A stretch of 64,000 nt of DNA from NCBI GenBank assembly GCA_002441005.1, contig DJWO01000002.1, positions 70,784 to 134,783 of the forward strand, in the 5' to 3' direction. Positions within the stretch are counted from its first letter, which is position 1, and every line of letters starts with the position of its first letter. Source of the DNA: Candidatus Aminicenantes bacterium UBA6228 (GTDB lineage Bacteria > Acidobacteriota > Aminicenantia > Aminicenantales > Saccharicenantaceae). A program made the position numbers and the translations under genes. Of the stretch, positions 10,224 to 20,233 are shown piece after piece. The notes beneath the pieces are model-generated. The model was not told the origin of the DNA, did no database searches, and saw nothing but the letters and a program-made list of their open reading frames with translations.

Positions 10224-11323
10224 TCAAGACAGCTGGTGATGAAGCCCTGATGGAAATGGCTTATTCCTTAGCGGAAAAAGCCAGAGGCCAGACCAGCCCT
10301 AATCCCTGTGTCGGCGCTCTGATTGTCAGGCAGGGGCAAATTGTTGGCTGGGGATATCATCAGGCCGCCGGCAGCCCCCATGCTGAAATTATCGCCCTGG
10401 AAAGAGCGGGCCAGAGGGCCAGAGGTTCAACCCTCTATTTGACCCTGGAGCCCTGTGTTCACTGGGGGAAAACACCTCCTTGTGCTGACCGTCTGGCCGG
10501 GGCCGGCTTCGAGCGGGCCGTTATTTCCACCTATGACCCCAATCCCCTGGTTTACCGGAAAGGAGTGGCTAAACTCCGGGCTGCCGGTATCAAAGTGGTT
10601 ACCGGCGTCCTGGCTGAAAAACAGGTCAGGCTGAATGAAGCTTATAGCAAGTATATTGTGAACAGAATTCCCTTCGTGACGCTCAAAGCAGCCATGAGCC
10701 TTGACGGGAAAATAGCCAGCCGGACTGGCGATGCTCGCTGGATATCTTCAGAAGAATCAAGAAGATTCGGCCAGGAATTGAGAGCTGAGCAGGATGGAAT
10801 TCTGGTCGGAGTTAATACCATTCTCAAGGATGACCCTCAGCTAACTGTCAGGCTGGAAAACTTTGTTAAGAAAAGATGGTCAAGGATTATCCTGGACTCC
10901 AGACTCAGAATTCCCTTAACGGCACGCCTGCTGAAAAATCCAGAGCAGGGTAAAATATTGATCTTTACCGGTTATAATAGCTCCAGGCAAAAAGCTCAAA
11001 GATTAACGGAGAGAGGAGCCGAAGTTATCCGCGTCCCGGGGAGAAAAAACAGGCTATCACTCAAAGCGGTTCTTAAAGCACTCGGGCAAAGGGAAATAAT
11101 CTCAATCCTGGTTGAAGGCGGGGCCAGGGTCATGACTTCATTTCTGGAAGAAAAACTGGTTGATAAAGCTTATTTCTTTATCTCGCCCAAGCTTATCGGT
11201 GGAGAAAGGGCTCCAACTATCTTTGAGGGTCAGGGAGTTAGCCGGGTATCAAGAGCCATCAGGTTAAAAAACATCTCGACTTTAAGACTCAAAGATGACA
11301 TCATCATCGAAGGATATTTTTAG
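10220..11323 (+). CDS. ribD: Bifunctional riboflavin biosynthesis deaminase/reductase
   Basis: HAEIIAL and PCVHWGKTPPCA zinc-deaminase motifs plus a C-terminal reductase domain. Confidence 0.9.
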   Translation: MIKTAGDEALMEMAYSLAEKARGQTSPNPCVGALIVRQGQIVGWGYHQAAGSPHAEIIALERAGQRARGSTLYLTLEPCVHWGKTPPCADRLAGAGFERAVISTYDPNPLVYRKGVAKLRAAGIKVVTGVLAEKQVRLNEAYSKYIVNRIPFVTLKAAMSLDGKIASRTGDARWISSEESRRFGQELRAEQDGILVGVNTILKDDPQLTVRLENFVKKRWSRIILDSRLRIPLTARLLKNPEQGKILIFTGYNSSRQKAQRLTERGAEVIRVPGRKNRLSLKAVLKALGQREIISILVEGGARVMTSFLEEKLVDKAYFFISPKLIGGERAPTIFEGQGVSRVSRAIRLKNISTLRLKDDIIIEGYF

Positions 11324-11917
11324 GTGTTTACCGGGCTTATCCGCTATCAAGGAAAATTCAGGGGCTTAAGAAAGAACCTGACCGAGATTCTTATTGAAGT
11401 TCCTGAAGAACTGGCCACTCAGCTGGTCCCGGGTCAGAGTCTGGCCGTAGATGGTATCTGTCTGACTGTCAGCCTTAAAGAAAAGGACCGTCTGTCTTTC
11501 AATCTGTCCAAGGAAACCCTGGACCGGACGAATCTAAAAGATTATCGCCCGGGGAAAACGGTTAACCTGGAGCTGCCGCTCCGGCTTGACGAACTGGTAG
11601 GGGGCCATCTGGTGACCGGCCATGTTGACGGCACTGGCCGGGTTCTGGAAGTTAAGAGCAGGCCACCGGGAAAAAGACTTAAAATCAAACTCCCCCCCGG
11701 CCTGAGGAAATATCTGACTGATAAGGGCTCCGTAGCCGTCAATGGGGTCAGCCTGACCGTAGCTTCCCTTGGTCCTGATTGGTTCGAAGTGGAGTTAATA
11801 CCTGCCACCCTTCAGGTTACTAATCTCCGTGACCTGCGGGCTGGCGACCGGGTTAATCTTGAAGGTGACATCCTCGGGAAATACGTGTATAATTTTATAG
11901 CAGAAAAGAAATTTTAG
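11324..11917 (+). CDS. ribE: Riboflavin synthase alpha subunit
   Basis: MFTGLIRYQGKF start (GTG codon); internally duplicated lumazine-binding domain. Confidence 0.85.
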   Translation: MFTGLIRYQGKFRGLRKNLTEILIEVPEELATQLVPGQSLAVDGICLTVSLKEKDRLSFNLSKETLDRTNLKDYRPGKTVNLELPLRLDELVGGHLVTGHVDGTGRVLEVKSRPPGKRLKIKLPPGLRKYLTDKGSVAVNGVSLTVASLGPDWFEVELIPATLQVTNLRDLRAGDRVNLEGDILGKYVYNFIAEKKF

Positions 11918-11937
11918 ACCTCATCTTTTAGCTAAAA

Positions 11938-13155
11938 ATGGAAAACAAACCAAAAGTTATTGGTGTCGATGAAGCTCTGGCTTATCTCCGGGCTGGACAG
12001 ATGATCATCATTGTTGATGACGAGGACCGCGAAAATGAAGGTGATCTGATGGTCGCCGCTGAAAAGGTCACTCCGGAAATAATAAATTTTATGGCTAAAA
12101 ACGGCCGGGGGCTGATTTGCCTCTCCTTGACTAAGGAAAGAGCGGAGGAGCTCAAACTACCGCCGATGGTAACTGAAAACACAGCCAGGTTTGGGACAGC
12201 TTTTACTGTCTCTGTTGATGCCCGCCAGGGTGTGACCACGGGAATTTCCGCTTACGACCGGGCCAGAACCATTCTGACCGCAATTAACCCCGCCAGCAGG
12301 CCCGAAGACCTGGCCCGTCCAGGGCACGTTTTCCCGCTGACAGCTAAAGAAGGCGGAGTCCTGGCCCGGGCCGGGCAGACAGAAGCGGCTGTTGACCTGA
12401 CCAGAATGGCTGGCCTTTACCCGGCTGGTGTCATCTGCGAGGTAATGAAGGAAGACGGCATGATGGCCAGAAGGCCTGACCTGGAAAAATTCGCCGAAGA
12501 ACACGGCGTGCCAATTCTGACTATTGCTGATCTTATTCGCTACCGGATGCGGACCGAGACTCTGGTCAGAAAAATTGCCGAGGCTGATCTCCCGACCCGC
12601 TATGGTCATTTTCGCTTGGCTGTTTTTGAAGATATCATCCATGGCGATCATCACGTGGCCCTGATCAAGGGTAAGATTGCCGGCCAGGAGCCTGTTCTGG
12701 TCAGGGCTCATTCTCAATGCCTGACCGGCGATGCCTTTGGCTCCCTGCGCTGCGACTGCGGCGATCAGCTGCATCTCTCAATGGAAATGATTGAAAAGGA
12801 AGGCCGGGGACTTGTTCTTTATATGCTGAATCATGAAGGCCGGGGCATCGGCCTGGCCAATAAAATCAAAGCCTACGCCCTTCAGGATGAGGGAGCTGAC
12901 ACGGTTGAAGCTAACTGCCGGCTGGGCTTTAAACCTGATCAGCGCGATTACGGCATCGGGGCTCAGATTATGGCCGCCTTAGGAATAAGAAAAATCAGAT
13001 TGATTACCAATAACCCCCGCAAATTCCGCGGACTGAGCGGTTATGGCCTGGAGATTGTAGAAAGAGTTCCAATTGAGATTCCCCCCAACGAAGAAAATCT
13101 GACGTATCTAAAAACCAAAAAAGAAAAGATGGGCCATCTGCTGGATATCACCTGA
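11938..13155 (+). CDS. ribBA: Bifunctional DHBP synthase / GTP cyclohydrolase II
   Basis: RibB N-terminal half (ENEGDL) and RibA C-terminal half ([15 protein letters not shown] zinc site). Confidence 0.9.
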   Translation: MENKPKVIGVDEALAYLRAGQMIIIVDDEDRENEGDLMVAAEKVTPEIINFMAKNGRGLICLSLTKERAEELKLPPMVTENTARFGTAFTVSVDARQGVTTGISAYDRARTILTAINPASRPEDLARPGHVFPLTAKEGGVLARAGQTEAAVDLTRMAGLYPAGVICEVMKEDGMMARRPDLEKFAEEHGVPILTIADLIRYRMRTETLVRKIAEADLPTRYGHFRLAVFEDIIHGDHHVALIKGKIAGQEPVLVRAHSQCLTGDAFGSLRCDCGDQLHLSMEMIEKEGRGLVLYMLNHEGRGIGLANKIKAYALQDEGADTVEANCRLGFKPDQRDYGIGAQIMAALGIRKIRLITNNPRKFRGLSGYGLEIVERVPIEIPPNEENLTYLKTKKEKMGHLLDIT

Positions 13156-13198
13156 AGACTTTTAAAAAATCGGTAGCTAATGATCCCGCCGGACAGGT

Positions 13199-13651
13199 TT
13201 AGAGCTGTTTTATCTTTGAATCCAGAATGAAAGTCACCGGCCCGTCATTGACCAGATAAACGTCCATCATGGCCTGAAAGACGCCGGTTTCCACCTTCAG
13301 CCCGCTGGCCTCGAGCCGGTCAACAAAATAATTAAAAAGACTGGCTGCCCGGTCCGGGGATTCAGCCTGGTCAAAACTTGGCCGCCGGCCCTTTTTGATT
13401 GAGGCAGCTAAGGTAAATTGAGAGACGGCCAGAATGCTCCCGCCGGTCTCCTTCAAAGACAGGTTCATTTTCCCTGCCTCGTCCGGAAAAATGCGCAATT
13501 CAATTACTTTACCGGCTAAGTAATCAGCCTCAACTTCCCGGTCCCCTTTTTCGATGCCAACCAGGAGGCAAATCCCGGGTCCAATTTCACCGGCTATTTT
13601 TCCTTCGACCAGGACTCTGGCTTCTTTTACTCTTTGTAAGACTATCTTCAC
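13199..13651 (-). CDS. dtd: D-aminoacyl-tRNA deacylase
   Basis: SQFTL and GPVT motifs. The start was reassigned to the GTG at 13651 (VKIVLQRV), preceded by GGAGGAG, because the longer ORF would overlap rpsT. Confidence 0.8.
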   Translation of the reverse strand: MKIVLQRVKEARVLVEGKIAGEIGPGICLLVGIEKGDREVEADYLAGKVIELRIFPDEAGKMNLSLKETGGSILAVSQFTLAASIKKGRRPSFDQAESPDRAASLFNYFVDRLEASGLKVETGVFQAMMDVYLVNDGPVTFILDSKIKQL

Positions 13652-13755
13652 TTTTTGAGCTCCTCCTGCCACCGTTGGTAGCCTTAGGACAAACCCGGTC
13701 CAGTTGACTTTAAACTTTGAATATTCTATCATAATGCCCTCTAAAGGAGATACAG

Positions 13756-14034
13756 ATGGCACTGAGACACAAATCAGCTATCAAGCAGCATCGTCAAAGC
13801 CTTAAGCATCAGGCTATCAACCAGAGAAATAAATCTCTGATGAAAACCTATATTAAAAAAGTCAGAGAAGCCATAGCCAGCGGCGACCATCAGGCAGCGA
13901 TTGAACTGCTGCCAAAAGCGATCAAGGCTATTGATCAGACTGTGGCCAAGGGGGCCATTCACCAGAATACAGGTTCCCGCTATAAGTCGCGTCTGTCCAA
14001 GCAGGTCATGGGTCTGAAATCGCAGGCCAGCTGA
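13756..14034 (+). CDS. rpsT: 30S ribosomal protein S20
   Basis: 92 aa basic protein, MALRHKSAIKQHRQS. Confidence 0.9.
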   Translation: MALRHKSAIKQHRQSLKHQAINQRNKSLMKTYIKKVREAIASGDHQAAIELLPKAIKAIDQTVAKGAIHQNTGSRYKSRLSKQVMGLKSQAS

Positions 14035-14036
14035 CC

Positions 14037-15167
14037 TCAACCAGTTTTTTTATCCCTTAAAGCAAAATAATCTAAAAGAAAAGTCTCTATCAATATTTCC
14101 GGCTCGAGGTCGCTGCTCTTCAGGCTTAGATCGAGCCTGGCCAGCCGGTGAATCAGTTCGTCCAGTTCTTTCTGGCTAAAAGCTTCGAGGTTAGCTGCAA
14201 AAGCCTGGAGCTTCCGGTCGAACAGGCTCCAGCCTTCAACAATTTGCGGATGCGATTTTTTAAAAATTTCCCTGACCGGTTTCTTAAGCCTCTCAACCTC
14301 AACTTTCGCCTGATTTAAGGAAATGATATAACGGCTGATGGAGGCAAAGTAATTCAGTCTATCAGCTGCTGCTGGCTCGGCTGCGAAAAAACTGCGGTTA
14401 AGACTTAAAGCTTCCTCCAGCTGGCCTGATTCCAGAGCTTCTTCCAGAGCAAAACGGTCATAATTCCGGCGGGCAGCACAAACTTCCAGAACGTCTTCTT
14501 CGGTTATTTCATTTTCTTTCTGGGGGTAAAGACTGAGCTTTTCCAGTTCCTGGCTCAGAGTGAGCAGTTCCGGGCCGCAGAGGTCGAGCAATCTCCTGGC
14601 CGCCCCGGGCTTCATCTTTTTTCCTCTCAATCTCAGTTCTTCGTTCAGCCAGAAAAGAAGCTCGCTTTCCTTCGGAGTTTTTATTTCGAGGGTCTGGAAA
14701 AAACTTTTATTCCGGTTCTCCAGTCCCTGGAAAAAATTGAAAAGCTTCTGGCCCCGTTTAAGTTTTCCCTGGAAAATAATGACCAGAAAAACATGGTCAG
14801 GAGGCTGCTGAAAATAACGGGACAGGGCCTCTTCAGCCGGAGCGATCAACTGCCGGTAAGCCTTATCTCCAGCCTGCCAATCGCCATTCTCATAATCAGG
14901 AAAATAAATAATAAATATTCTGTCCCGGCCAGCAGAAAACATATCCAGGCTCGAAGCTTCATCCAGAATCTCAGCCCAGTCAGTTTCAAAAAGAAAATAA
15001 GCCTTGAATTCAGGCCCGTTTTCGCCCAGGCGGCTGGCGGCTTTAAATTTATCAAGATAAAGCCTGGCGGCTAAGGCCTGGTCGCCATAAATAAAGGTTC
15101 CGGGCTTTAAATTTTGGGGAGAAAGAAGTTTCTCCAGAGTACGGCTAAAAACTTCTCTCGAAGCCAT
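14037..15167 (-). CDS. holA: DNA polymerase III delta subunit
   Basis: Conserved leuS-lptE-holA synteny and a size appropriate for delta; the similarity itself is weak. Confidence 0.65.
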   Translation of the reverse strand: MASREVFSRTLEKLLSPQNLKPGTFIYGDQALAARLYLDKFKAASRLGENGPEFKAYFLFETDWAEILDEASSLDMFSAGRDRIFIIYFPDYENGDWQAGDKAYRQLIAPAEEALSRYFQQPPDHVFLVIIFQGKLKRGQKLFNFFQGLENRNKSFFQTLEIKTPKESELLFWLNEELRLRGKKMKPGAARRLLDLCGPELLTLSQELEKLSLYPQKENEITEEDVLEVCAARRNYDRFALEEALESGQLEEALSLNRSFFAAEPAAADRLNYFASISRYIISLNQAKVEVERLKKPVREIFKKSHPQIVEGWSLFDRKLQAFAANLEAFSQKELDELIHRLARLDLSLKSSDLEPEILIETFLLDYFALRDKKTG

Positions 15168-15698
15168 TTAAAAACCTTCCAGCAGGCTGACCACTAATTG
15201 CCCGGCAAATTTTTCAGCTAAGCGGTCAATCGCCTGATTTTCCATCGTTTCGTAATCGAGCCCGGCCGGGACTTCATATTCATCTACATAGGTAAAATTA
15301 TCATCGGCAAAAAGTATCTGATCAGTCAAAAGATCGGTAAAGACTACACTGGTCACGACAGTTATCTTATAGCGGCTGGCAGCTCCTTCCGAACCAAAGG
15401 CAATGGGCTGAACTTTAAAAGAGGTAATCTCCCCGGCCAGCAGGCCCTGAGCTTTATTCTGGTCAGGTTCAATGCTCACCCGGGCTCTGGCGATGAGTTC
15501 ATTAATGACACTTCTGGTCAATTTAAGATCAAGTTCAAACCGTCCAGAGCTATTGTTAAAAACCGGTACACAGATCCGCTTCATCCCGGGCGGCCAGACA
15601 CTGCCCCGGCCCCGCAGCTGATAGCCACAGGCCGAAACCGAAATTACGACCAGAGCCAGTAGCAGCCAGCTGCTGATATATTTTTTAAAAAATTGCAT
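15168..15698 (-). CDS. lptE: LPS-assembly lipoprotein LptE
   Basis: Lipoprotein signal with lipobox SACG, and a position immediately downstream of leuS. Confidence 0.65.
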   Translation of the reverse strand: MQFFKKYISSWLLLALVVISVSACGYQLRGRGSVWPPGMKRICVPVFNNSSGRFELDLKLTRSVINELIARARVSIEPDQNKAQGLLAGEITSFKVQPIAFGSEGAASRYKITVVTSVVFTDLLTDQILFADDNFTYVDEYEVPAGLDYETMENQAIDRLAEKFAGQLVVSLLEGF

Positions 15699-15711
15699 CT
15701 AACCCCGGAGG

Positions 15712-18192
15712 TCAGACGACCAGGCTGACCAGTTTATTTTTTACACAGACAATTTTTTTCGGCTCTCGGCCGCCGAGCAATTCCTGGATGCGAGGCAGGC
15801 TCAGGGCTTTTTCCTTGAGAATCTCCTCTTCAGTCTCAGCCTCCACTTCAAATTTATCCCGGAGCTTGCCGTTAATCTGGACCACAATGGTAATCATCTC
15901 TTCTTTAGCCAGCTCCGGGTTATAAGAAGGCCAGCTGGTTTGAGCCACCAGGGTTGTCCGGCCGGTTTTCTGCCAGAGCTCTTCGGCCAGATGAGGAGCA
16001 AAAGGCCCCAGCAAAAGAATCAAATCAGTTAGAGCTTCTGCCAGGAGCTCTCTTCCCTCCCGGCTCTGTCTCAGGAGGTCCCTGCCTTTTTTCAGGCTGT
16101 TGGTTAACTCCATCAGAGCTGAAATGGCTGTATTCAAATGAAAACGCTGCTCTATATCATCGGTGACTTTCTTTATGGTCTGATGAAGCTTCTTACTGAG
16201 CCGCTGAAAACTGGCCTCGTCAAATTGCCCGGCGGCTATCACTCCCTTCTCCTGGAAGAGATCCAGGTTTTCTTCTGCCAGATTCCAGATTCTCAGAATG
16301 AAGCGGTAGCAACCTTCCAGCCCTTCCTCTGACCAGGCAAATTCTTTTTCGGGTGGAGAGGCAAAGAGGATAAAAATCCGGAGGGCATCAGCTCCGTAAG
16401 TTTTGACCATCTCGTCCGGGTCAACCACATTGCCCCGTGATTTCGACATGGCCGAGCCGTCTTTAGTTACCATGCCCTGAGCCAGATAGTGGGGAAATGG
16501 TTCATCAATCCGGGTCAGGCCCAGATCCCGCAAATACTTGGTGAAAAAGCGGGAATAAATTAGATGAAGAATAGCATGCTCGACACCGCCAATATAAAGA
16601 TCAACCGGCAGCCAGTAAGCTGCTTTTTCAGGTTTAAAAGGCAGCCTGGTTTCACCGGGAGAGCAATAACGGAAAAAATACCAGGAAGAATCAACAAAAG
16701 TATCCATGGTATCAGTCTCGCGCCTGGCTGGCCCGCCGCATTGGGGGCAGGTGGTATTAACAAATTCCGGTATTTTTTCGAGAGGCGAGCCTTCTTCGCC
16801 GGTAAATTCAGCCTTAAAGGGTATTTCCACCGGCAGCTGGTCATAAGGAACAGGCTGAAGACCGCATTTCTCACAATAAATAACCGGAATTGGTGTTCCC
16901 CAGTAGCGTTGACGGGAAATGCCCCAATCACGGAGGCGATAGGTAACACTTTTCCGGCCAAAGCCCTTAGTCTCAGCCAGACCCGCCATTTTCTCCATGG
17001 CCTCTTCTGAGCTCAAGCCATTAAACTCCCCGGAATTGATCAGGATTCCATATTCCTCAAAAGCCTGGCCCGGAAGTGGCTGAATTTCAGGCGAGGCCGG
17101 TTTTATTACCGGTGTAATCGGCAGGCTATATTTAGTGGCAAATTCATAATCCCTTTGATCGTGAGCCGGAACTCCCATGACCGCTCCGGTTCCATAATCC
17201 ATCAGGACATAATTGGCCAGAAAGACAGGAACGGGCTGGCCGGTAAAGGGATTAATGGCCTTAAGGCCGGTATCATAACCAACTTTTTCTTCCTCTTTAA
17301 TTTCTCTTTTCGCCCTGCTTTCAGCTATTGTTTTTTTAATCCAGTCAAGAAGTTTCTCTTTTTCTGGATGGCCAGCAATCAGCTCCGCAGTCAGAGGATG
17401 TTCAACCGACAGGACGACAAAGGTCGCCCCGTAAATAGTGTCAATTCTGGTGGTAAAGACTTCAATATCTTTCTTTATGGCCGGCACTTTAAAATTCACC
17501 AGCGCCCCTTCGCTTTTGCCAATCCAGTTCTTCTGCATCTCCAGAACATGCCCCGGCCACTGGCTGAGTTGCTCATGGCCGCTCAGCAGCTCATCGGCAT
17601 AAGCGGTAATTTTTAAAAACCACTGCTCCATCTTTTTCTGACTGACTTCACTGTCGCAGCGCCAGCAGCGCCCGGCTACCACCTGCTCATTGGCCAGGAC
17701 TGTCCGGCACTGGGGACACCAGTTTACCCAGCTCAACCGGCGATAAGCCAGACCCTGTTCAAACATTTTGAGGAAAATCCATTGATTCCAGCGGTAATAA
17801 TCAGGCAGGCAGGTATTAACCTCTCTTGACCAGGAGTAGCTGATACCCAATCTCTTCAACTGGGAACGCATGTAGTCAATATTATCGAGGGTCCATTTTT
17901 GAGGATGAGTACCGTGTTTGATAGCGGCATTTTCGGCCGGCAGGCCCAGGGCATCCCAGCCGATAGGATGGAGGACATTGAAGCCTCTCATTCTTTTAAA
18001 ACGGGCAATGACATCACCAATTGAATAATTCCGCACATGCCCCATATGAATCCGGCCGGAAGGATAGGGATACATTTCGAGGCAATAGAACTTGGGTTTA
18101 GCTGGATCTTCTGCCGCTTCAAAAATCCGGCTTTCGGCCCAGATTTTCTGCCATTTTTTTTCAATTTCTTCAAAATTATAGGCTTCCTTCAT
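15712..18192 (-). CDS. leuS: Leucyl-tRNA synthetase
   Basis: 826 aa with the HMGH and KMSKS class-I motifs. Confidence 0.95.
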   Translation of the reverse strand: MKEAYNFEEIEKKWQKIWAESRIFEAAEDPAKPKFYCLEMYPYPSGRIHMGHVRNYSIGDVIARFKRMRGFNVLHPIGWDALGLPAENAAIKHGTHPQKWTLDNIDYMRSQLKRLGISYSWSREVNTCLPDYYRWNQWIFLKMFEQGLAYRRLSWVNWCPQCRTVLANEQVVAGRCWRCDSEVSQKKMEQWFLKITAYADELLSGHEQLSQWPGHVLEMQKNWIGKSEGALVNFKVPAIKKDIEVFTTRIDTIYGATFVVLSVEHPLTAELIAGHPEKEKLLDWIKKTIAESRAKREIKEEEKVGYDTGLKAINPFTGQPVPVFLANYVLMDYGTGAVMGVPAHDQRDYEFATKYSLPITPVIKPASPEIQPLPGQAFEEYGILINSGEFNGLSSEEAMEKMAGLAETKGFGRKSVTYRLRDWGISRQRYWGTPIPVIYCEKCGLQPVPYDQLPVEIPFKAEFTGEEGSPLEKIPEFVNTTCPQCGGPARRETDTMDTFVDSSWYFFRYCSPGETRLPFKPEKAAYWLPVDLYIGGVEHAILHLIYSRFFTKYLRDLGLTRIDEPFPHYLAQGMVTKDGSAMSKSRGNVVDPDEMVKTYGADALRIFILFASPPEKEFAWSEEGLEGCYRFILRIWNLAEENLDLFQEKGVIAAGQFDEASFQRLSKKLHQTIKKVTDDIEQRFHLNTAISALMELTNSLKKGRDLLRQSREGRELLAEALTDLILLLGPFAPHLAEELWQKTGRTTLVAQTSWPSYNPELAKEEMITIVVQINGKLRDKFEVEAETEEEILKEKALSLPRIQELLGGREPKKIVCVKNKLVSLVV

Positions 18193-18378
18193 CGTCTCTA
18201 CCTCTGTTCAGGGAAACAAGTCCCGGATAAAGCTGGCGCTATGTCCAATCAGCTTAAAATGATAAGTTTATGGTGACTAAAAGTCAACCAAACCAGGGCG
18301 GGTTATAGCTTATTCAACTAATTAAACTTATAATAATCTTTTAAGCCAGAATTTATTCATCAGAAAAAGATTCACCGG

Positions 18379-19215
18379 ATGAAACTCTTGGAAGTCAAGA
18401 ACCTGGAAGCCGGCTACAACCACCTGCCGGTTATTCATGACATCTCCTTTGATCTTGAGCAGGGAGAATTTCTGGCTGTCTGCGGTCCTAATGGCTCAGG
18501 TAAGAGTACGCTGGTTAAAGCTTTGCAGCGCCTGACTCCTTTTACCCGGGGAACAGTCAAGCTGGAAGGTAGAAATGTCTTTCGCCTGAAAACTAAGGAA
18601 ATAGCCGCCCTGCTGGCTTATGTGCCCCAGGTCTCAGATCAGGTTTTTGACTTCACCGTTGAAGAGACAGTAGCCATGGGCCGATACGTCCATCAAGGCC
18701 ACAAATTGGCTGGCCAGTTGGATAAAGACCGGTCAGAAATTGAAGAGGCTATGAGACTGACCGGGGTGGCCGCTCTCAGACAGAAAAACCTCAGCCAGTT
18801 AAGCGGCGGGGAAAGGCAGCGAGTGCTCATCGCCAGGGCTTTGGCCCAGGAGACGCCGGTTCTCCTCCTGGATGAGCCAAGTTCCCATCTGGATATAAAT
18901 TTTCAGCTCCAGATCTATCATCTTCTCCAGGACCTGCAGATAGAAAAAAAGAAGACCATTCTGGTCGCCGAACACAATCTCAATCTCTGCATCCCTTACT
19001 GCCATCGATTGCTGTTCCTCAAGCAGGGCCGGATCGAAGCGGCCGGACCTCCAGCCGAAGTAATTAACCGCAAGGTAATCCGCCGCGTCTTTGATCTGGA
19101 AGTCGAGCTGAGAGAGAACACTTCTTCCGGCCTGCCTGAGATATCTTTCATTCATTCTGCGGGCCGGACAGTGAACAAAATCGAGCCGGGACCGGAGACA
19201 GGAGCTAAAAATTAG
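18379..19215 (+). CDS. ABC transporter ATP-binding protein (iron-siderophore/cobalamin/heme FepC-BtuD type)
   Basis: Walker A GPNGSGKST, LSGGERQRV and Walker B LLLDEP. Confidence 0.85.
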   Translation: MKLLEVKNLEAGYNHLPVIHDISFDLEQGEFLAVCGPNGSGKSTLVKALQRLTPFTRGTVKLEGRNVFRLKTKEIAALLAYVPQVSDQVFDFTVEETVAMGRYVHQGHKLAGQLDKDRSEIEEAMRLTGVAALRQKNLSQLSGGERQRVLIARALAQETPVLLLDEPSSHLDINFQLQIYHLLQDLQIEKKKTILVAEHNLNLCIPYCHRLLFLKQGRIEAAGPPAEVINRKVIRRVFDLEVELRENTSSGLPEISFIHSAGRTVNKIEPGPETGAKN

Positions 19216-19327
19216 AAAAAAGCCAGTTAATCCCGGATTAAAGCTCTGGCGGCTTGACCGTCTGGCAACCGGTTCTTGTTTTTGTCCATTTAATCCGCCA
19301 CCGGCCAGGCCGAACCACCGCTGGCTT

Positions 19328-20233
19328 TTGCTCTGTCTGACTTTTCTGATAATTTTCCCCCTGACTCTCTCCAGCCTTTTTCCCCAGACAAGGGTACTGG
19401 CTGATGACTTTGGCCACCGGCTTGAGCTCAGCCATTGCCCTGAGAGAATAATTTCTTTAGCTCCCAATCTGACCGAAATACTCTTTGCCCTGGGCCTCGG
19501 CCAGAAGGTCGCCGGGGTAACCAGTTTCTGTGATTATCCGCCAGAAGCCAGACAGAAAGAAATAATCGGCGGGCTGGTTGATCCTAATTTAGAAAAAATC
19601 AGGGTTCTTAAGCCAGATTTAATTCTGGCTTTCAGGGGCAATCCGCGCCGGATTCTCGACCGGTTGTATGCAGAAAAGATGCCGCTTCAGGCCTTTGAAA
19701 CCGGACAGAACTTTGAAGACCTTTTCTCTCTTATTGAGCGGATTTCACTTTTAACCTGCACCCGGGCCAGAGGACAGGAGCTTATTTCCAGCCTGAAAGA
19801 AAAAATTAAGCTGATTGAGACCAGCCTCCCGGCCAGCCGGGAGAGCCTAAGAGTTTTCCTGACCCTTTACGGCCAGGGACAGGGGCTGTGGACCTGCGGC
19901 CATAATAGTTATCTTAATTATTTACTTGAGCGGGCTGGCCTTCAAAATGTCGCTTCTGGACTTGAGGGCAACTGGTTTGCTTATAATCCCGAGAAATTAA
20001 TAGCCGATAATCCCGAGTTGATTCTTATTCTGGCTGGTAATAAAGAGGCTTTCCAGCAGGCTACCAACTGGCTCGCCAGCCTGCCTCCCCTTAAAGACAT
20101 TAAGGCCATTAAAAATAAAAAATTCGTTTTTCTCGATGAAAATCTGTTCAGCCGTTTTGGCCCGAGGCTAATTGAGGCCTTTAACTGGCTGGTCAGGGCA
20201 GTTTATTTTCCTGCTGAACAGGAGGAAAAATGA
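19328..20233 (+). CDS. Periplasmic substrate-binding protein (BtuF/FhuD class)
   Basis: Signal peptide and position in the transporter operon. Confidence 0.75.
   Translation: MLCLTFLIIFPLTLSSLFPQTRVLADDFGHRLELSHCPERIISLAPNLTEILFALGLGQKVAGVTSFCDYPPEARQKEIIGGLVDPNLEKIRVLKPDLILAFRGNPRRILDRLYAEKMPLQAFETGQNFEDLFSLIERISLLTCTRARGQELISSLKEKIKLIETSLPASRESLRVFLTLYGQGQGLWTCGHNSYLNYLLERAGLQNVASGLEGNWFAYNPEKLIADNPELILILAGNKEAFQQATNWLASLPPLKDIKAIKNKKFVFLDENLFSRFGPRLIEAFNWLVRAVYFPAEQEEK

Noticed and set aside
12157-12774. 205-aa minus-strand ORF inside ribBA, and similar long antisense ORFs in leuS (16560..16961, 17155..17616), comEC (25195..25467) and the aminotransferase gene (34055..34369)
   Set aside because: These overlap strongly supported conserved genes on the other strand, have no RBS or motif support, and are typical GC-driven shadow ORFs.
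18193-18378. Possible cobalamin riboswitch or other leader upstream of the FecCD/BtuCDF-type ABC importer
   Set aside because: The 185-bp leader has a GGGAA element, but I could not find a B12 box (…AGYCMGGAGACCKGCC…) or the characteristic paired regions. The substrate (B12, heme or siderophore) cannot be assigned from sequence alone.
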